DNA of 37,567 nt, from sequence record SRR20825006_561. One strand, written 5' to 3'. Shown piece by piece: positions 1 through 8,728 of the stretch. The position numbers were made by a program, and so were the translations under genes. A model generated the notes under the pieces. That model ran no database searches and was not told the origin of the DNA. It worked only from the letters and a program-made list of their open reading frames with translations. Each line of letters begins with the position of its first letter. The first letter of the stretch is position 1.

Positions 1-1
1 A

Positions 2-184
2 AACAACCTGCGCCGCGCGATCACCATCGACAATGGCAATTGGCTGACCTTGGTCGACAGCCCGTTGTCGATCACACTTTGGTTGATCGCTATCGTCGGC
101 TTCATTTTGCCGCTGATCATTGGCCGCAAAGTGAAATCGAAAATGCACGCCCGGCGTGACGAAGAAGGCTCTCTGGCCGACTGA
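2..184 (+). CDS. tctA: C-terminal fragment of tripartite tricarboxylate transporter large permease (TctA family), 5' end outside window
   Basis: Not in ORF track; frame 2 reads NNLRRAITIDNGNWLTLVDSPLSITLWLIAIVGFILPLIIGRKVKSKMHARRDEEGSLAD* (TGA 182-184). NLRRA...G...P plus a final TM helix and basic tail resembles TctA C-termini. Confidence 0.65.
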   Translation, partial: NNLRRAITIDNGNWLTLVDSPLSITLWLIAIVGFILPLIIGRKVKSKMHARRDEEGSLAD

Positions 185-196
185 AGCAAAAGACTG

Positions 197-229
197 GCGG
201 GCGTTTGTGCTCACGTCGCAAACGCCCGC
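197..229. terminator. GC-rich hairpin between convergent tctA and dapA
   Basis: GCGGGCGTTTG (197-207) pairs perfectly with CAAACGCCCGC (219-229); 12 nt after the tctA stop; U-tract is weak. Confidence 0.55.
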
Positions 230-366
230 TTCTCCCCACGGCTCTGTTTTGCGGCAAGGCTGAAGTCACGCCCCATGCACACGTCCGCGTCGGGGTCGGC
301 AACCCAAAGACACAGCCGGCGTGGCCAAGGCGGTTACGCCGCCAGGGTGGAGTCCTCCGGGCGAGA

Positions 367-1275
367 TTAAAGGGCGAGACCCTCCCGGCGGGTTTTGAAG
401 TCCACCACATGTTGATCCAACACGCTCCGTGATGGTGCCGACACTTCCGCCAGCGGCATCCGCACCGAAGCGGTATAGAGCCCGGCATTGGACAGAACGT
501 ATTTCACCGGGGCGGGGCTGTTTTCGATAAACATGGCATCGGCGATGTCGCGCAGGGCCTCGTGAATGTCCAAGGCGCGCAGGCGATCCCCTGCCTGCCA
601 GGCTTTGTACAGCTCAACACAGATTTCCGGGTCGTAGTTCGAAAACACCGAGGTCAGACCACAAGACCCAAGCGCGTAAAACGCCAGTGCCAGACCGTCA
701 TCGCCACAGTGAATAGCCAGGCCGGGCGCGGCCGTGCGCAGATCAGTCACGCGCGACGGCGCGCCACCGGCTTCTTTGATTGCAACGATGTTGAGATGAC
801 GCTGGGCCAAGGCACCAGCGGTGTCGGGGGCAATCTCAACGCCCGCCCGGCCGGGCACAGAATAGAGCACGACATCGGCTGTGGTTGCATCGGCCACCGC
901 AGAAAAATGGTTGAGCAGCCCCTGTTGTGAGGGCTTGTTGTAATAAGGTGTGACGACCAAAACCCCATCGACGCCAAGCTCGGTTGCACGCTGTGTCGCG
1001 GCTATCGTTTTGGCTGTGGAATTGGACCCGGTGCCGGCCAAAACATAGGCTTTGCCCTTGGCGTGTTTGACCGTATGCGCGATGAGCGCATCGGCTTCCT
1101 CGGAGGTAAGGGTTGCCGCCTCGCCTGTGGTGCCAACGGGCACAAGGCCGGTGATGCCAGCGGCGAGTTGGCGGTCAATCAACCTGTCAAAAGCGACCCA
1201 GTCGATATCGCCGGATTGGGTGAAAGGGGTGATGAGGGCGGTGAAAACACCGTCAAAGCGAGACAGATCGGACAT
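367..1275 (-). CDS. dapA: 4-hydroxy-tetrahydrodipicolinate synthase (DapA/DHDPS family), probably a paralogue
   Basis: TALITPF, GTTGE, TPYYNKPSQ, LYSVPGR, IKEA (Schiff-base Lys), GDD, PAPVK, VRMPL. Start moved to ATG 1275 (MSDLSRF), preceded by GGAGA. Confidence 0.85.
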   Translation of the reverse strand: MSDLSRFDGVFTALITPFTQSGDIDWVAFDRLIDRQLAAGITGLVPVGTTGEAATLTSEEADALIAHTVKHAKGKAYVLAGTGSNSTAKTIAATQRATELGVDGVLVVTPYYNKPSQQGLLNHFSAVADATTADVVLYSVPGRAGVEIAPDTAGALAQRHLNIVAIKEAGGAPSRVTDLRTAAPGLAIHCGDDGLALAFYALGSCGLTSVFSNYDPEICVELYKAWQAGDRLRALDIHEALRDIADAMFIENSPAPVKYVLSNAGLYTASVRMPLAEVSAPSRSVLDQHVVDFKTRREGLAL

Positions 1276-1286
1276 GGGATTCTCCA

Positions 1287-1973
1287 TTAGGATGCAAGCA
1301 AATCTTTGGGGGCGTAGAGGCCATTGGCGCGTCCAACGAGCCAAAGGGCGGCCTCAACCGCACCGGCGGCATAGGCGGCGCGGGTGCGCACATTCAGTTC
1401 AAGGCGCAGCGTGGCGATTTTGTAATCCAGAACAACGGTGGTGATACCAGCCGTATCCCCGATGCGCTGAATGTCGAGATCGATCTCTTTGCCGGTGATC
1501 TCAGAAAGCTCGGCACTCAGCCGTTTGGTGGTGCCGGAGGCGGCCATTTTCTTGCCGGCTTTATAGACCTCCCCCACCGTAATCGCGGCCTCTGGCAAGG
1601 CTTTGCTGAGGGCAAGGGCTGCGGCGGCGAAGGCTTCAAATCCTTTGGTGAAATTGGCACCGATCAAGAGGGCGCGGTGGTCCGCTTCGGCGTGAAGGCG
1701 CGCGGTTTGCGCAGCGGAAAACCCGGTGGTGCCAATGATCACTGGCAAAGAGGTGCCTTGCAGATGGTCCAAAAGTGTCATGACCGCATCCGGTGTGGAA
1801 AAATCAATCACAACATCCGTGCCTGTGAAATCGGCTTCGGCCAATGTCAAAGTGGTGTCTGTGCCAGAGGCCGATATCGCCTCTGCCAGGGTGGCCTGGT
1901 CTGTCTCCGTCAGCAGGGCGCAGACCTCGCGCCCTACTTTACCTGTCGCACCAAAAACCGAAATATGTGTCAT
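1287..1973 (-). CDS. dapB: DapB-like (dihydrodipicolinate reductase family) NAD(P)-dependent oxidoreductase with divergent active site
   Basis: GATGKVG Rossmann motif, DVVIDFS, IGTTGF, ANF, ASGT, R-AYAAGA, GLY. Catalytic HH pair replaced (EVYKAGK). Start ATG 1973. Confidence 0.75.
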   Translation of the reverse strand: MTHISVFGATGKVGREVCALLTETDQATLAEAISASGTDTTLTLAEADFTGTDVVIDFSTPDAVMTLLDHLQGTSLPVIIGTTGFSAAQTARLHAEADHRALLIGANFTKGFEAFAAAALALSKALPEAAITVGEVYKAGKKMAASGTTKRLSAELSEITGKEIDLDIQRIGDTAGITTVVLDYKIATLRLELNVRTRAAYAAGAVEAALWLVGRANGLYAPKDLLAS

Positions 1974-1981
1974 CTGCGGCC

Positions 1982-3379
1982 TCAATCTATCACAACCTTG
2001 GTTTCGCTCATTTCGCGCAGCGCGATGCGGACCCCTTCGCGGCCAAGGCCGGATTTACGCACCCCGCCGAACGGCACATGTTCGACCCGAAAATCGGGGC
2101 CCTCGTTGATCATGACGCCGCCGACTTTGAGCTGACGCGAGGCCAATTTGATTGCGGCGTGATCATTGGTGTAGACGCCAGCCTGAAGTCCAAATCCCGC
2201 CGCGTTCACTTCGCCGATCGCGCCGGAGAAATCGGTGAAGCTGCGGATGGAAATTACCGGACCAAAGGTCTCTTCGCGCATCAGTTTGGAGCGCGGGTCC
2301 ACACCGCTCATCACCACCGGATCGAAATGGGTGTGCTGACGCCGCCCACCGGTCAACACATGCGCGCCTCCGGCCACGGCCGCCTCAATCCGAGCTTCGA
2401 TTTCAATCGCAGAAGCGGCATCAATCACCGGCCCCATGATGGTGGCGGGATCAGAGGGGTCGCCCATGCCGACATTGGCCACCAGCGCCAAAAGGCGGTC
2501 GGTGAAGTCGGCTTCAATCGCCTCATGCACGTAGAGCTTTTTGACCGCGGCACAGCTTTGCCCGGCGATCTCATAGCGTTGCGCCACTGCAGTTTTCGCC
2601 GCCGCCTCAAGATCGCCATCAGGCAGGACAAACAGCGGATCGTTGCCGCCCAATTCCATCAAACACCGCACAAGGCCAGAGGCGTTTTTGAGCGCAAGGC
2701 CTGCGCCGGGGCCACCCGTGAAACTCAACAGGTCAATCGGGGCCTTTGCCAAGGCGGTCGCGGCCTCTGCGCCACCATGGACGATCTGAATCAGGTCTTT
2801 CGGCGCACCCGCCTCGTCGCAGAGATCCATCAACATCTGGGCGGCAAGCGGCGCTTTTGGCGAAGGTTTGGCGATCACCGCATTGCCCGCCGCGATCGCC
2901 GGGCCGAGCTTGTGGCACAACAGGTTCACCGGGTAATTGAACGGCGTGATCGCGGCAACGACGCCGACCGGCTCATAGGTGATCACGGCCTGACGATCAG
3001 GGCCGCCAGCAACGATCCCGGTGTGCAAGACGTCGCCATCCAGAAACGTCGCCGCATCGCCCGACAGGCGCAGAGTGTTTTGGGCGCGGCGGATTTCATT
3101 GCGCGCTTCGGTGATGGTTTTGCCCATTTCCTGCGACACGGTCTGCGCCAGGTTTTCCGCATCTTGTCCCATCAAATCGGCGATCCTGTTCAACAGGGCG
3201 CGGCGTTCATGCGGGGTGGAAAACCGAAAGGCGTCGGCGGCTTTCGTGGCGTTGGCGACGATTGTCCGGATCTCTTCGGTGCTGGTTTCATGAACCTTGC
3301 CGACGAGGCTGTTGTCATAGGGATTGCGCACTTCAAACTCTTGAAGGGTCGCGATGGAGGGAGATTGTACGTTCATCAT
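1982..3379 (-). CDS. Aldehyde dehydrogenase family protein
   Basis: ITPFNYP, AGN...KPS, FTGG, ELGGND, GQSC (catalytic Cys), EETFGP, PFGGVRKSGLGREG. Confidence 0.93.
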   Translation of the reverse strand: MMNVQSPSIATLQEFEVRNPYDNSLVGKVHETSTEEIRTIVANATKAADAFRFSTPHERRALLNRIADLMGQDAENLAQTVSQEMGKTITEARNEIRRAQNTLRLSGDAATFLDGDVLHTGIVAGGPDRQAVITYEPVGVVAAITPFNYPVNLLCHKLGPAIAAGNAVIAKPSPKAPLAAQMLMDLCDEAGAPKDLIQIVHGGAEAATALAKAPIDLLSFTGGPGAGLALKNASGLVRCLMELGGNDPLFVLPDGDLEAAAKTAVAQRYEIAGQSCAAVKKLYVHEAIEADFTDRLLALVANVGMGDPSDPATIMGPVIDAASAIEIEARIEAAVAGGAHVLTGGRRQHTHFDPVVMSGVDPRSKLMREETFGPVISIRSFTDFSGAIGEVNAAGFGLQAGVYTNDHAAIKLASRQLKVGGVMINEGPDFRVEHVPFGGVRKSGLGREGVRIALREMSETKVVID

Positions 3380-4683
3380 TTGAGGTCCTGGTGAGAGGGG
3401 TCCACGGTGAAATCGGGCGCATCAAGAATGTCGCGCACGCGGACGGGTTTGATGGGCCAGCGATTGCCGCGAAGATCGGCAAAGCTGGTGGTGTCGGCAG
3501 TGAGGGCGGCGACCCAGTCGAGACATTGACGGCCTTGACAGGGTCCCATGCCAAACCGTTCGGTGAGGCGCAGGGTGCGGGCCGTCGTTTGGGTTTGCTC
3601 TGAGGCCGCCTGAAGCGCCTGTTTCAGATCACCCAGACTGCGGTTTTCGCAGCGGCAGATGACGGTGTTGTCCGGGAGATCGGGTGCCGCAAGCGAGGGC
3701 GCGCGGGCAAAGAGTTTGGCGAGCAGGGTTTGCGTTTTGACAAATCTCTGGTCAGGCGCGATTGCCGCCCGACCTAGCGTCGCCTTCAAGGCGTGCAGGA
3801 CCTGTTCAGCGGCACGTTTGCCGTCGTCTTCGGCGGCCCAACGCCCCAGAACGGATCGGCAATCTCCGGCCTGAAACACGGGTGTTTGCCCCGTCATTTC
3901 GGCGCTGATGCCAAAGTCGTTGCGTGCCAGCCCGTCATGCAAACCAATGTGGTCCACGGCAATTTCGGCCCAGCGACCCTGACGGCTGGTGTGAGCGATC
4001 AATGCCCCGTTGCGCGTCTCAATCCGGGTCAAATCCGTCCTCGAAAGAATCGGAACGCCTGCAAGCAGAAGTCGCCCCATGTAACGGGCGGCTTCGGTCA
4101 AAACAGGGGCGGGCAAACGCAGAGCCATCAGAGGGTGGCGCAGCGGGTTCCCGGTCTCGATCACCGCGACAGGCGTACGGCCCGCCGCCACCATTTGAGC
4201 TGCGATAGCATAGAGGAGGGGGCCGGTGCCAGCCAACAGAAGACGCCCCAAAGGCAATGTCCCTGTGGTTTTAAGCGCGATTTGCAGCGCCCCGGCACTG
4301 CTCACCCCGGCCAGGGTCCAACCCGGACGGGGTTGAATGCGTTCGCGCGCGCCGGTGGCGAAAATGACCGCGCGGGGTTTGAACATCATGCCAGCCTGCC
4401 CCGTCAGTAGGGCTGTGCCCGTCTGATCAAAGGCGGCGAAGGCGGTCGACAGGCGTAGATCAACACGCGGACGAACGCGGTCGAAATCCTGACGCAGGAT
4501 GCGGGCTTCTCGGGTCAGTTTCGGCGTTAGATTTGGTTGGGCGCGCAAATTGGCATAAACGGCCCCGCCAATGCCCGGTGCATGGTCGACCAAAACAGGG
4601 TGAAGACCTGCGTCGGACAATGTGATGGCGGCACGCAACCCGGCGGGGCCTGCACCGACGATGAGGGGGCGAGTGTCAATCAT
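3376..4683 (-). CDS. FAD/NAD(P)-binding oxidoreductase with C-terminal BFD-like [2Fe-2S] domain (OoxA/HcnB-like subunit)
   Basis: VGAGPAG, ATGARER..P.PGWTL.GV, GTGPL, AGD, ICRCE, GMGPCQGRQC, R.PIKP; 4-bp overlap with the ALDH start. Confidence 0.85.
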   Translation of the reverse strand: MIDTRPLIVGAGPAGLRAAITLSDAGLHPVLVDHAPGIGGAVYANLRAQPNLTPKLTREARILRQDFDRVRPRVDLRLSTAFAAFDQTGTALLTGQAGMMFKPRAVIFATGARERIQPRPGWTLAGVSSAGALQIALKTTGTLPLGRLLLAGTGPLLYAIAAQMVAAGRTPVAVIETGNPLRHPLMALRLPAPVLTEAARYMGRLLLAGVPILSRTDLTRIETRNGALIAHTSRQGRWAEIAVDHIGLHDGLARNDFGISAEMTGQTPVFQAGDCRSVLGRWAAEDDGKRAAEQVLHALKATLGRAAIAPDQRFVKTQTLLAKLFARAPSLAAPDLPDNTVICRCENRSLGDLKQALQAASEQTQTTARTLRLTERFGMGPCQGRQCLDWVAALTADTTSFADLRGNRWPIKPVRVRDILDAPDFTVDPSHQDLK

Positions 4684-4951
4684 GGGCGCTCTCCGTCAGG
4701 CGGTGATCGGACAGGCTGCACACGGATTGCTCCGTATTACAGAGGGTCAGACAGGCCTCCGTCACACCGATGCCTTCGATCGACACCAGGCAGTTTTGGC
4801 ACTGGCCAATGCCGCAAAAAATCGCGGCGGGTAGCGCGGTTTGGCGCAGACCAAACTCCGTGATCCCGGCCCGCGACAGTGCCGAAGCGATTGTATCGCC
4901 GGGGAGAAAGGCAATCGGAGTGCCGTTCCAAAGGATGGTTTGGACGCTCAT
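4676..4951 (-). CDS. Small [2Fe-2S]-binding subunit (HcnA/OoxC-like, Fer2_4)
   Basis: GDTIASAL, FCGIGQCQNCLV...ACLT; start ATG 4951 (MSVQTIL) overlaps the upstream stop. Confidence 0.88.
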   Translation of the reverse strand: MSVQTILWNGTPIAFLPGDTIASALSRAGITEFGLRQTALPAAIFCGIGQCQNCLVSIEGIGVTEACLTLCNTEQSVCSLSDHRLTESAHD

Positions 4952-6111
4952 GCTGGGATCGCCTCTTGTGATGAAAAACGTCCGGGGGTGAGGGCGGCAA
5001 GATCGGGACTGGATTGCCCGGTTGCGAGGTGCGCGGCGATCTCGCGACCGATCAGGGCGGACAGGCAAATCCCATCGCCTTCAAATCCGGTGGCGCAGAT
5101 CACATTCGGCTCTTCCGGCAGGGCACCGACAATTGGCAAACCATCGAGAGACGCGCTGCGCACGCCCGCAAAGACCCGAATGATCCGGCGCTCAGCCAGA
5201 CGTGGCAGACAGCCGACGGCGCTGTGCAGCAGGCGGCGCACGGTGGCGATGTCTGTTTGGCGCTCCGTCCCATGATCTTCGCGGGTTGAGCCGATCAACA
5301 CCTGCCCTGTGCGCAGGGGGTCGATGACGACGGGGAGACCAGCGTCACCGCGCCCGTTTGCCGTTTTATCAAGGAGATACGCGGCAGAGGTCAGCGGGCC
5401 GGGCAGGTTGGGTTCAGATACGGGGCCCCTGTCAGAGACAATCAACTGACCGGAGCGCGCGATCATCGGCACGTTTGGGAGGAGTCCCATGGTGCCGATG
5501 CCGGAGGCGATCACGAGCTGTGCGCAATTCATCTCACCCGCCGAGGTGAAAACCCGCACACCCTCGGGACCCGGCTCATAGGCTTCCAGGCTGCGCGGCC
5601 AAAAGAGATCGCATTTCGCAGCGCGAAGGTAGGCATGGGTGGCTTGGTAGCCGAGCATATGCGCCTCACCTTGCAGTTCGATCACCCGCGTGATGTCTTT
5701 GCCAAGGCCAGAAATGGCCGAGGTTTGCGCGGCCCCATCCTGGTGGATGGTGACGGAAAGGGACTGGTCGTGCAGCATGCGGGTCAGCCGATCAAGTGCT
5801 GCGCTTTCGGGGGCGGAACGGGCAAAGATAAACGTTGGCCGAGGGTGAAAAATGCCTTTTAAAATGCCGTTGTGTTGTGCCATCTCTCGCGCATAGCAAA
5901 GCGAGGCATCGGCAAGGTTGGCCATGAGGCCCGGGCGTTTGGAGGCGACCGAGACGGCCCCATCCGACGCGCCTGAGGCTGCGGCCGCCGGGCCTTTTGC
6001 GTCGATGACGGCGACGCGGAGACCCCGTTGGGTCGCGTGCCATGCCACGGAGGCGCCGATAATGCCGGCTCCGGCAATCACGAGGTCATATGAGTCTGTC
6101 GGCTGCACCAA
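4948..6111 (-). CDS. FAD-dependent oxidoreductase, D-amino-acid oxidase/DadA family (OoxB/HcnC-like subunit)
   Basis: IAGAGIIG, ASGASDG, SGQL, LIGST, FAGVR..S.DGLPIVG, ATGFEGDGI, P.RF. Start uncertain: TTG 6111 or GTG 6108 follow GGAG; ORF track begins at 6147. Confidence 0.88.
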   Translation of the reverse strand: MVQPTDSYDLVIAGAGIIGASVAWHATQRGLRVAVIDAKGPAAAASGASDGAVSVASKRPGLMANLADASLCYAREMAQHNGILKGIFHPRPTFIFARSAPESAALDRLTRMLHDQSLSVTIHQDGAAQTSAISGLGKDITRVIELQGEAHMLGYQATHAYLRAAKCDLFWPRSLEAYEPGPEGVRVFTSAGEMNCAQLVIASGIGTMGLLPNVPMIARSGQLIVSDRGPVSEPNLPGPLTSAAYLLDKTANGRGDAGLPVVIDPLRTGQVLIGSTREDHGTERQTDIATVRRLLHSAVGCLPRLAERRIIRVFAGVRSASLDGLPIVGALPEEPNVICATGFEGDGICLSALIGREIAAHLATGQSSPDLAALTPGRFSSQEAIPA

Positions 6112-6147
6112 GGTTGCTCCAATTTGGTTTGATCCAAGGTTGGGCAA

Positions 6148-6384
6148 TTACGGGCCTGATTTCGATGCAAATATATGCGGTTAAGATACAAAAAAAGTTG
6201 GAACAATTCTGTGTGTGCGCGATAATGATCTGTGACATGTAAATTATTTTGTATATTTGCAGGATGATCTTGTATTGCCTGACGCCCCGATAACGGGTGC
6301 TTTGTAGCAAGGAAGCACGGGAACGCCGTTTTCTCAAAACGAAGTGGCAGCGCAAAAGCTGCCTTGTCCAACAAGGAGATCAGA
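6148..6384. promoter_or_regulatory. AT-rich divergent promoter region between the oxidase operon and ABC operon
   Basis: Visibly AT-rich; TGCAAATATA (6166-6175) and its exact reverse complement TATATTTGCA (6252-6261); recurring ATACAA/TTGTAT hexamers. Confidence 0.6.
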
Positions 6385-7218
6385 ATGAAGCTCAAGGCTT
6401 TTATTGGTGGCACGCTTGCAGCACTTGCCACGGCTGTGTCGATTGGCTCGGCGCAGGCACAAGACAGTAAGATTGATGAAATCCGCGAGCGAGGTACGTT
6501 ACGCATGGCGGGGATTCTCAGCGAAGACCCGTATTTTGCGAAAGATCCGCGCACCGGCGAATGGCGCGGCTTTGCCGTGTCTATGGCGCGTGATATTGCC
6601 GAAACGCTTGGTGTGGAGCTGGAAGTTGTTGAAAGCAGCTGGAGCAACTCGATCCTTGATGTGCAATCGGGCAAAGTGGACCTCGCCTTGGCGCTCACCG
6701 CTTTGCCGAAACGCGCGATGGCGATTTCATTCTCTGACCCGACCTATTACAACAGCTTCGTGATCATCTCCCCGAATGCGGCGCTTGCCGACAAGGGGTG
6801 GGCGGAGTTGAACGATCCGGCCTATACGATCGCGGTTGATCTTGGCTCTGCGCAGGACAATATCGCGCGTCAGTATCTTCCGAACGCAAATGTTCTTCGG
6901 TTCAAATCTCGTGATGAGGCGGTGATTGCGGTCACCACGGGCAAAGCGGACGCGATGATCAACACCGTGTTGAACTCTGTTGTCATGTCCAAAAAGAACC
7001 CGGCGCTTGGCACCGTTTATGTCCCCGAACCCACCCTGTCGTCGCCCTCTGTGATCGGTTTGAATTACGACACAGATGAAACGTGGAAAGCCTTTATTTC
7101 CGCCTGGGCCGATTACAATCGCCGTGTTGGCAACAACCAAACATGGATCGTCGAAAGCCTTGCCCCTTTTGATGTGACCCTGGACGATTTGCCCGAAGGG
7201 TTCGACATCGGCGGATAA
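6385..7218 (+). CDS. Polar amino-acid ABC transporter substrate-binding protein (SBP family 3)
   Basis: AAGGAG RBS before ATG 6385; signal peptide ending AQA; I.ERGTLR, GKVD, R...ISFSDP, GKADA. Confidence 0.92.
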   Translation: MKLKAFIGGTLAALATAVSIGSAQAQDSKIDEIRERGTLRMAGILSEDPYFAKDPRTGEWRGFAVSMARDIAETLGVELEVVESSWSNSILDVQSGKVDLALALTALPKRAMAISFSDPTYYNSFVIISPNAALADKGWAELNDPAYTIAVDLGSAQDNIARQYLPNANVLRFKSRDEAVIAVTTGKADAMINTVLNSVVMSKKNPALGTVYVPEPTLSSPSVIGLNYDTDETWKAFISAWADYNRRVGNNQTWIVESLAPFDVTLDDLPEGFDIGG

Positions 7219-7286
7219 GCCTGTCTTCACCACTCACTCTCGGCGCGCTTTTGGCGCGTCGACCTTACCTATATTCGAGGACCTCC

Positions 7287-7949
7287 ATGTATAACTGGGA
7301 CTTCTACACGGTCTTTCAGTCCTTTGATCTCTTCTGGCACGGGCTGCTCACCACTTTCCTTTACACCATCGGCTCGATTGGCTTTGGCATCGTCATCGGA
7401 CTTGTGACCGCCTTTGCCCGACTGTCTAAATGGCGGCTGTTGCGCGGGGCGGCACGCACCTATCAAGAGGTGTTTCGCTGCACGCCTTTGCTCGTACAAA
7501 TCATGTGGGCCTACTATGCTTTGCCGATGTTGCTGGGGATCAGCATACCGAACTGGATCGCAGGGCTGGCGACGCTCTCGCTTTATGTCGGGTCGTTTTA
7601 CGGTGAAATCTTTCGGGGCGGCATCAATGCAATCGACAAAGGTCAGCGTGAAGCGGCGATGGCGGTTGGCATGTCTGGCGGCCAGGCGATGCGCCATATC
7701 ATCATGCCGCAAGCGGTCAAAAAGATGCTGCCTGCGTTCATCAATCAGTCGGTTATTCAGGTCAAAAATACATCGCTCCTATACGCCATTTCCATCGCGG
7801 AACTGACCTATATGACTTACATCGTGAATAGCGAAACCTACCGCCCGCTCGAAAGCTATTCGATCGCCGCGATCATGTATTTCGCCATGCTTTTCCCGCT
7901 CACCCAATTCGCCGATTACTTCGAACGCCGTATGCGGCGCAGCGACTGA
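7287..7949 (+). CDS. Polar amino-acid ABC transporter permease
   Basis: [26 protein letters not shown] (EAA loop), VKNTSL; start ATG 7287 after GAGG. Confidence 0.93.
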   Translation: MYNWDFYTVFQSFDLFWHGLLTTFLYTIGSIGFGIVIGLVTAFARLSKWRLLRGAARTYQEVFRCTPLLVQIMWAYYALPMLLGISIPNWIAGLATLSLYVGSFYGEIFRGGINAIDKGQREAAMAVGMSGGQAMRHIIMPQAVKKMLPAFINQSVIQVKNTSLLYAISIAELTYMTYIVNSETYRPLESYSIAAIMYFAMLFPLTQFADYFERRMRRSD

Positions 7950-7969
7950 ACCGCAAAAAGGACCCTGTT

Positions 7970-8728
7970 ATGACCACGCCTTCTATTCTTTCTGTGCGCG
8001 CGTTGACAAAGAGCTATGGCGAACTTGAGGTGCTCAAAGGTATTGATCTGGACATCACGCCGGGTGAGGTGATTGCCATCATCGGCCCGTCGGGATCAGG
8101 CAAATCCACCTTCATCCGCTGTCTCAACATGATGGAAGTGCCCACGTCGGGATCGTTTCAATTTCGCGGCAGCCATGTGTTGCCGGAGTTTAAGGACAAG
8201 GCGGGAGCGCTTGGAGCGGGCACATTGCGGCGCAAGGTTGGGATGTGTTTTCAACACTTTAACCTGTTTCCCCATTTGACCGTTTTGGACAATGTCACCA
8301 AGGGTCCAATGGTTGTTTTAAAAGAGAGCCAAGTTGAGGCCGAGGCTCATGCGCGTGCGCTTTTGGCCAAGGTCGGTCTTGCCGATAAGGAAAACTATTA
8401 TCCCAGCAAACTCTCCGGTGGGCAAAAACAGCGGGTGGCGATTGCGCGTTCTCTGGCAATGCGCCCGGATGTGATGTTGTTTGACGAGGTGACCAGCGCG
8501 CTTGATCCCGAGCTGGTGTCTGAGGTGTTGCAGGTGGTGCGGGATTTGGCCGAAGGAGGGATGACCATGGTGTTGGTCACGCATGAAATGGCCTTTGCCG
8601 CGGATGTCGCGGACCGGGTGATTTTTATCGACAATGGTGTGATTGCCGAACAAGGCCCGCCGCAGGAGGTGATGCACAGCCCCCAATCCGAACGGCTTCA
8701 ACAGTTTCTTCAGCGATTTCACGCATGA
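7970..8728 (+). CDS. Polar amino-acid ABC transporter ATP-binding protein (GlnQ-like)
   Basis: [43 protein letters not shown]. Confidence 0.95.
   Translation: MTTPSILSVRALTKSYGELEVLKGIDLDITPGEVIAIIGPSGSGKSTFIRCLNMMEVPTSGSFQFRGSHVLPEFKDKAGALGAGTLRRKVGMCFQHFNLFPHLTVLDNVTKGPMVVLKESQVEAEAHARALLAKVGLADKENYYPSKLSGGQKQRVAIARSLAMRPDVMLFDEVTSALDPELVSEVLQVVRDLAEGGMTMVLVTHEMAFAADVADRVIFIDNGVIAEQGPPQEVMHSPQSERLQQFLQRFHA

Noticed and set aside
1844-3394. 516-aa plus-strand ORF
   Set aside because: Antisense shadow of the ALDH gene; no recognisable motifs; long antisense ORFs are expected from high-GC codon bias.
3376-6111. Calling the trimer hydrogen cyanide synthase (hcnABC)
   Set aside because: Shared architecture only; gene order differs from hcnABC, and the importer/ALDH context points to catabolism.
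6345-6359. Possible sigma-54 promoter TGGCAG-N5-AAGC
   Set aside because: GG-N10-GC spacing fits but the TTGC element is missing, no enhancer-binding protein is nearby, and the sequence is better explained as a hairpin.
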